NCBI GenBank assembly: GCA_003135555.1
Contig: PLCF01000017.1
Location: 1 to 20,350, forward strand
Direction of reading: 5' to 3'
DNA from: Vulcanimicrobiota bacterium
Lineage (GTDB): Bacteria; Vulcanimicrobiota; Vulcanimicrobiia; Vulcanimicrobiales; Vulcanimicrobiaceae
Length of the DNA stretch: 20,350 nt
Shown here: positions 15,856 to 20,350 of the stretch, piece after piece
How positions within the stretch are numbered: position 1 is the first letter of the stretch
How the letters are laid out: each line of letters opens with the position of its first letter
Program-made: the position numbers and the translations under genes
Notes under the pieces: model-generated
What the model saw: only the letters and a program-made list of their open reading frames with translations
Database searches by the model: none
What the model was told of the DNA's origin: nothing

Positions 15856-16281
15856 ATGCTGGATATCAACGGGACGCTCGTCGTCCAGCTCGTCAACTTC
15901 GTCGTCTTCCTGGCGGTCCTCAACGTGATCTTCTTCAAGCCCGTCGGGGCGGCGATCGCGAAGCGCCGGGCGTACATCGACGGGTTGAAGCACGACATCG
16001 AGCAGCTCCAGCTCGACGCCAAGACGTTACGCGGCCAAGCCGAGGAACGCCGGGCGGCGGCGCGCCGCGCCGCCGACGAGGCGATGGGGCGCGCTCGCGT
16101 CGAGGCCGGAGCGCAAGCCGACGCGGCCATAAGCGTCGCGCAGACTCGGGCCGCGGAGCTGGTCGCGGAGGCGCAGGCCGAGGTCGGGCGCGAGATCGAG
16201 TCGGCACGCCGCGAGGAGCCCCGCATCGTCAACGCGCTCGCCGACGAGATGCTCGGCCGCGCGCTGGGGAGCCTCGCATGA
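15856..16281 (+). CDS. atpF: F0F1 ATP synthase subunit b' (b-family)
   Basis: DINGTLVVQLVNFVVFLAVLNVIFFKPV...KRR followed by an Ala-rich coiled coil. Confidence 0.9.
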   Translation: MLDINGTLVVQLVNFVVFLAVLNVIFFKPVGAAIAKRRAYIDGLKHDIEQLQLDAKTLRGQAEERRAAARRAADEAMGRARVEAGAQADAAISVAQTRAAELVAEAQAEVGREIESARREEPRIVNALADEMLGRALGSLA

Positions 16282-16766
16282 ACCTCCACGTCCTGGCGCA
16301 AGCCTCGCAGATCGTCGGCGCGGTCGTTTTTCTGATCGCGATCGTGCTGATCTGGAACCGCTTCATCGCGCCCGGAGTGAAAGCGTACCAAGAGTCCAAG
16401 AACGCCGAGCTCGCCGACGCCGAAGCGCGCCGCGAGCGCATGCGCGCCGACGTCGCCGTCGCGCGCGCCGAGGTCGAACATGCCGACGCCGATGCGCGCA
16501 CGATCCGCGAGCGAATCGACGCGGCGACGGCGCGCGACCGCGCCAAGACGCTCGAAGAGGCGCAAGCCGAAGCCGACCGCATCATCCGCAACGCCGCGGG
16601 CGAGCTCGAGCGCGCCCGCTTGGCGGCGCGTAGCCGGCTGCGCATCGAGTTCATCGAGAAGGCGCTCGCGAAGGCACGCGCCCAGGCGCCGGGCCGGGTG
16701 AGCGACGCCACCAACACCGCGCTGGTCAACGCCACGGTCGACGATCTGGCGCGAGGGAAAGGCTGA
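16278..16766 (+). CDS. atpF: F0F1 ATP synthase subunit b
   Basis: Single N-terminal TM helix and a long coiled coil (EEAQAEADRII...ELERAR). ATGA overlap. Lies between b' and delta. Confidence 0.85.
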   Translation: MNLHVLAQASQIVGAVVFLIAIVLIWNRFIAPGVKAYQESKNAELADAEARRERMRADVAVARAEVEHADADARTIRERIDAATARDRAKTLEEAQAEADRIIRNAAGELERARLAARSRLRIEFIEKALAKARAQAPGRVSDATNTALVNATVDDLARGKG

Positions 16767-17302
16767 TGCCCAACCAGACGCTGGCGCGCCGCTACGCCAC
16801 CGCGGTATTCCAGCTGGCGCAGGAAGCCGGTAAGACGACGGCCGTGCAGGGCGACTTGCACGCGTTTGTCGACGTGCTCGGAGCCGACGCCGGCGTGCGC
16901 AAGTTCTTCCGCTCGCCGGTGGTCGACCGCAAGGAGAAGGAGACGATCGTCGCCCAGGCCTTCTCCAAGCTCGACCCCATCGCGCTGCACACGATCCTGC
17001 TGCTGATTCGCAAGCGCCGCGAGAACATGGCCGAGGAGATCGTCGAGCAATACGACGTCCTCGAACGCGACGCACGCGGCGCGCGGCCGTTGCGCGTCAC
17101 CAGCGCGCGGCCGCTTTCAACGGCCGAGCTCGACGCGATCGTCGCGCGTTTGGCCGCCGCGTACCGTACCACGTTCGACGTAACGCAGTCGGTCGATCCG
17201 AGCCTGATCGGCGGCGTCCGCATCACCATGGGCGACAAGCGCGCCGACGGCACGATCGCCGGCCGCCTCGACGAAATCGCCCGCCTGCTCAGCACGAACT
17301 AA
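16766..17302 (+). CDS. atpH: F0F1 ATP synthase subunit delta
   Basis: LARRYATAVF, SPVVDRKEK, VTSARPL, VDPSLIGG, DGTIAGRL. Confidence 0.96.
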   Translation: MPNQTLARRYATAVFQLAQEAGKTTAVQGDLHAFVDVLGADAGVRKFFRSPVVDRKEKETIVAQAFSKLDPIALHTILLLIRKRRENMAEEIVEQYDVLERDARGARPLRVTSARPLSTAELDAIVARLAAAYRTTFDVTQSVDPSLIGGVRITMGDKRADGTIAGRLDEIARLLSTN

Positions 17303-17428
17303 GAGATAAAATGTCGCAAGCGACCTCGGGGTATCTCGACTTCACCACTAATCTCGCGGGCGCCCGAGCCCGGGGGCCCCACGCGAAGCGTGGGGGGCGC
17401 GCAGCCTGGGGCGGAGCGCCCCATGCTG
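17303..17428 (+). other. Structured, palindrome-rich atpH-atpA intergenic element
   Basis: GAGATA/TATCTC encloses GTCG-caag-CGAC (17303-17337). CCCCACGC-gaa-GCGTGGGG (17377-17395). CAGC-c-TGGGGCG-gag-CGCCCCA-t-GCTG (17402-17428). Confidence 0.55.
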
Positions 17429-17441
17429 GAGGCAACTTAGA

Positions 17442-18941
17442 ATGATTAACGCCGACGAGATTGCCGGAATCATCAAACAGCGCATCGCGACCTACGCGAC
17501 GGGAACCAGCGAAGCCGAGATCGGCACCGTCATTGCGGTCGGCGACAACATCGCGCGCATCTACGGCCTCGACAACGCGCAGTCGTCGGAGCTCGTCGAG
17601 TTCCCCAACGGCGTCAGCGGGATCGTGCTGAACCTCGAAGAGGACAGCGTCGGCGTGGCGATCATGGGTCCGGACACCGGCATTAAAGAGGGCGACAAGG
17701 TGCGCCGGACCGGGCGCATCGCCTCGGTGCCGGTCGGCGACGCGGTGCTCGGCCGCGTGGTCAACCCGTTGGGCGATCCGGTCGACGGCAAAGGCGCGAT
17801 CGCCTCGAGCCAGTACCGCACGATCGAGAACACCGCGCCGACGGTGGTCGAGCGCCAGGGCGTCAAGCAGCCGCTGCAAACCGGGATCCGCGCCATCGAC
17901 GCGCTCATCCCGATCGGCAAGGGCCAGCGCGAGCTCATCATCGGCGACCGCGGCACCGGCAAGACGGCGATCGCCGTCGACACGATCATCAACCAGCGCG
18001 GCAAGAACGTCATCTGCATCTACGTCGCGATCGGGCAGAAGAGCTCGACGGTCGCGGCGCTGCTGCAGACGTTCGAACGGCACGGCGCGATGGAGTACAC
18101 CACCATCGTCACGGTTTCGGCCGCCGAGCCGGCCTCGCTGAAGTGGATCGCCCCGTTCGCCGGCTGCGCGATGGCCGAGTACTTCATGTACGAAGGCAAA
18201 GACGTCCTCATCGTCTACGACGATCTCACCCGCCACGCGCAGGCCTACCGCGAAGTCTCGCTGCTGCTGCGCCGCCCGCCGGGACGTGAGGCCTATCCGG
18301 GCGACATCTTCTTCCTGCACTCGCGCCTGTTGGAGCGCGCCGCGAAGCTCTCCGACGAGAAGGGCGGCGGGTCGATCACCGCGCTGCCGATCATCGAGAC
18401 GCAGGCCGGCGATGTGTCGGCGTACATCCCGACCAACGTCATCTCGATCACCGACGGTCAGATCTACCTGCAGAACGGCCTGTTCTTCCAAGGGATCCGG
18501 CCCGCCGTCGACGTCGGCATCTCGGTCTCGCGCGTCGGCTCGTCGGCGCAGACCAAGGCGATGAAGTCGGTCGCCGGCCGTCTCAAGCTCGACCTGGCGC
18601 AGTATCGCGAGCTGGCGGCGTTCTCCAAGCTGGCATCCGATCTCGACAAAGCGACGCAGCAGCAGCTCAACCGTGGCGACAAGATGACCCAGGTGCTGGT
18701 GCAGCCGCAGCTCGCGCCGCAGCCGATGGAAGACGAGGTCGCGGTGATCTTCGCCGCGACGCGCGGCTACCTCGACGCCATCCCGACCGCCCGGCTGGGC
18801 GACTGGGTGCAGCGCTTCGTCGAGTACGTGCACGAGAAACACCCCGCGGTCACCGACACGATCCGCACGACCAACGCGCTCTCGGACGACACCGAGAAGC
18901 AGCTGATCGCGGCGATCGACGATTTCAACAAGGGCTTCTAA
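17442..18941 (+). CDS. atpA: F0F1 ATP synthase subunit alpha
   Basis: [65 protein letters not shown]. Confidence 0.99.
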   Translation: MINADEIAGIIKQRIATYATGTSEAEIGTVIAVGDNIARIYGLDNAQSSELVEFPNGVSGIVLNLEEDSVGVAIMGPDTGIKEGDKVRRTGRIASVPVGDAVLGRVVNPLGDPVDGKGAIASSQYRTIENTAPTVVERQGVKQPLQTGIRAIDALIPIGKGQRELIIGDRGTGKTAIAVDTIINQRGKNVICIYVAIGQKSSTVAALLQTFERHGAMEYTTIVTVSAAEPASLKWIAPFAGCAMAEYFMYEGKDVLIVYDDLTRHAQAYREVSLLLRRPPGREAYPGDIFFLHSRLLERAAKLSDEKGGGSITALPIIETQAGDVSAYIPTNVISITDGQIYLQNGLFFQGIRPAVDVGISVSRVGSSAQTKAMKSVAGRLKLDLAQYRELAAFSKLASDLDKATQQQLNRGDKMTQVLVQPQLAPQPMEDEVAVIFAATRGYLDAIPTARLGDWVQRFVEYVHEKHPAVTDTIRTTNALSDDTEKQLIAAIDDFNKGF

Positions 18942-18949
18942 GCAACACT

Positions 18950-19807
18950 ATGCCGAGCGTTCGGGATCTTCGCGACCGGATACGGTCGCTCAAGAACACG
19001 CAGCAGATCACCAAGGCGATGAAACAGGTCGCCGCAGCCAAGATCCGCCGCGCCGACGCGCTGCAGAAGCGGTCGCGCCCCTACGCGGACGCGATCGGTG
19101 CGATGCTGCGCGACCTCATCGCGAACGTCGGCTCGGTCGACCACCCGTTCATGAAGCCGGGCCGCGAAGATGCGCCGGGCGGCGTGATCCTCATGACCGC
19201 CGACAAGGGGCTGGCCGGGTCGTTCAACGCCAACTTGATCCGCGCGGCCGAGCTGCACGGGCGCAGCAACGCCAACCTCGCCTGGTACGCGGTCGGCATC
19301 AAGAGCCGTAACGCGCTGCGCCGCCAGCGCGGCGAGACGCTGCAGTTCTGGCCCCTCGCGCAGGGCGTTATGTTCGACAACGCCCAGGAGCTGGCGCGCC
19401 GAGTCTCCGACGATTTCACCCAAGGCCGCATCGCTTCGTTGACGCTCGTCTCGCCGAAGTTGGTGAACATGATGACGCAGCGTCCCGAAGTGCGCCCGAT
19501 CCTGCCGATCGCGCCGTCCGGCGACGCCGCAGCGGATCCCCGCAGCGGCTCGGTCGAATTCGAGCCGTCGCCGGAGTTCGTCCTCGGGCGGCTGCTGCCC
19601 AAGTACCTCGAGTTTACCCTGTACTCGGCGATGCTCGAGACCAACGCGTCGTTCTACGCCGCGCAGCTCGTCGCGATGAACAACGCCACCGACAACGCCA
19701 AGAAACTCATCGACGAGAACACCGTCGAGATGAACAAAGCGCGTCAAGCCGCGATCACCAAGGAAATCTTGGAGATCGTCGGCGGCGCCGAAGCTTTAGC
19801 TGGTTAA
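18950..19807 (+). CDS. atpG: F0F1 ATP synthase subunit gamma
   Basis: RIRSLKNTQQITKAMKQVAAAK, TADKGLAGSFN, AMNNATDNA, NKARQAAITKEILEIVGGA. Confidence 0.98.
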   Translation: MPSVRDLRDRIRSLKNTQQITKAMKQVAAAKIRRADALQKRSRPYADAIGAMLRDLIANVGSVDHPFMKPGREDAPGGVILMTADKGLAGSFNANLIRAAELHGRSNANLAWYAVGIKSRNALRRQRGETLQFWPLAQGVMFDNAQELARRVSDDFTQGRIASLTLVSPKLVNMMTQRPEVRPILPIAPSGDAAADPRSGSVEFEPSPEFVLGRLLPKYLEFTLYSAMLETNASFYAAQLVAMNNATDNAKKLIDENTVEMNKARQAAITKEILEIVGGAEALAG

Positions 19808-19817
19808 AGGATACATC

Positions 19818-20350
19818 GTGAGCGCCACCCCGACCCCGACTTCACTCGCGAACGGCAAGGTCGTTCAGGTCCTCGGCAACGTCGTCGACGTCGAGTTCCC
19901 CACCGATGGGCTGCCCAACATCAACGTCGCGCTCTCCGTGCATATCGGCGGCGCCAACAGCGGCTCGAACGGTTCGGGCGCGCACCTCGACGCGGGGATC
20001 AAGCTTTCGGGGACGGCGATGTCCGAGCGCGACCTCGTTCTCGAAGTGCAGGGCGAGCTGGGCAACAACCAAGTGCGCTGCCTGGGGATGGGATCGACCG
20101 ACGGGCTCGTGCGCGGTGCGGTGGTCTCGAACAGCGGCGCCTCGATCACCGTGCCGGTCGGTGAGGGGACGCTGGGGCGCATCTTCAACGTCTTGGGCAA
20201 GACAATCGATTCCGACGAACCGGTCAAGGCGGCCGCGTACCGGCCGATCCACCGCGACCCGCCGAAGTTCGACGAGCAAGACCCGACGCAGAAGATCTTC
20301 GAGACCGGGATCAAGGTCGTCGACTTGATGGCGCCCTACACGCGCGGCGG
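19818..20350 (+). CDS. atpD: F0F1 ATP synthase subunit beta, 3'-truncated by window edge (absent from the ORF track)
   Basis: GTG with AAAGGA RBS. Translates to GKVVQVLGNVVDVEF...LVLEVQGELG...STDGLVRG...VPVGEGTLGRIFNVLG...PIHR...FETGIKVVDLMAPY. Confidence 0.98.
   Translation, partial: MSATPTPTSLANGKVVQVLGNVVDVEFPTDGLPNINVALSVHIGGANSGSNGSGAHLDAGIKLSGTAMSERDLVLEVQGELGNNQVRCLGMGSTDGLVRGAVVSNSGASITVPVGEGTLGRIFNVLGKTIDSDEPVKAAAYRPIHRDPPKFDEQDPTQKIFETGIKVVDLMAPYTRG

Noticed and set aside
1..20350. CRISPR arrays, IS elements, prophage or tandem repeats
   Set aside because: I saw no regularly spaced direct repeats, no transposase, integrase or phage motifs, and no compositional island.

Overview
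High-GC bacterial chromosomal window with no mobile elements, CRISPR arrays or tRNAs that I can see. The gene order is Firmicutes-like but the DNA is very GC-rich, so a Terrabacteria lineage such as Eremiobacterota/Vulcanimicrobiota is my inference. From the left: the 3' part of an Fsr-type MFS exporter, converging on a six-gene, tightly coupled minus-strand operon. That operon encodes an enolase-superfamily dipeptide epimerase (DgcA/AEE-like), a DUF1611 (DgcN-like) protein, a secreted QW-motif protein, an orphan family-5 peptide-binding lipoprotein, a C39-like cysteine peptidase and TrmL. Divergent from it is a 6S RNA (ssrS) that the ORF track cannot show. Next come a degenerate AP2/xylose-isomerase-like TIM barrel and a small membrane protein. 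The rest is a housekeeping block: glyA, GNAT, upp, (antisense DUF3592-like gene), dCMP deaminase, WecA/TagO-like transferase, wecB and the F1Fo ATP synthase operon (gene1, atpI, B, E, b', b, H, A, G, partial D). The best candidate for an undescribed system is the epimerase/DUF1611/QW-protein/SBP/C39 operon, a possible D-Glu or murein-peptide scavenging module. The right half is mostly ordinary, apart from some unusual details in the ATP synthase subunits and intergenic RNA structure.
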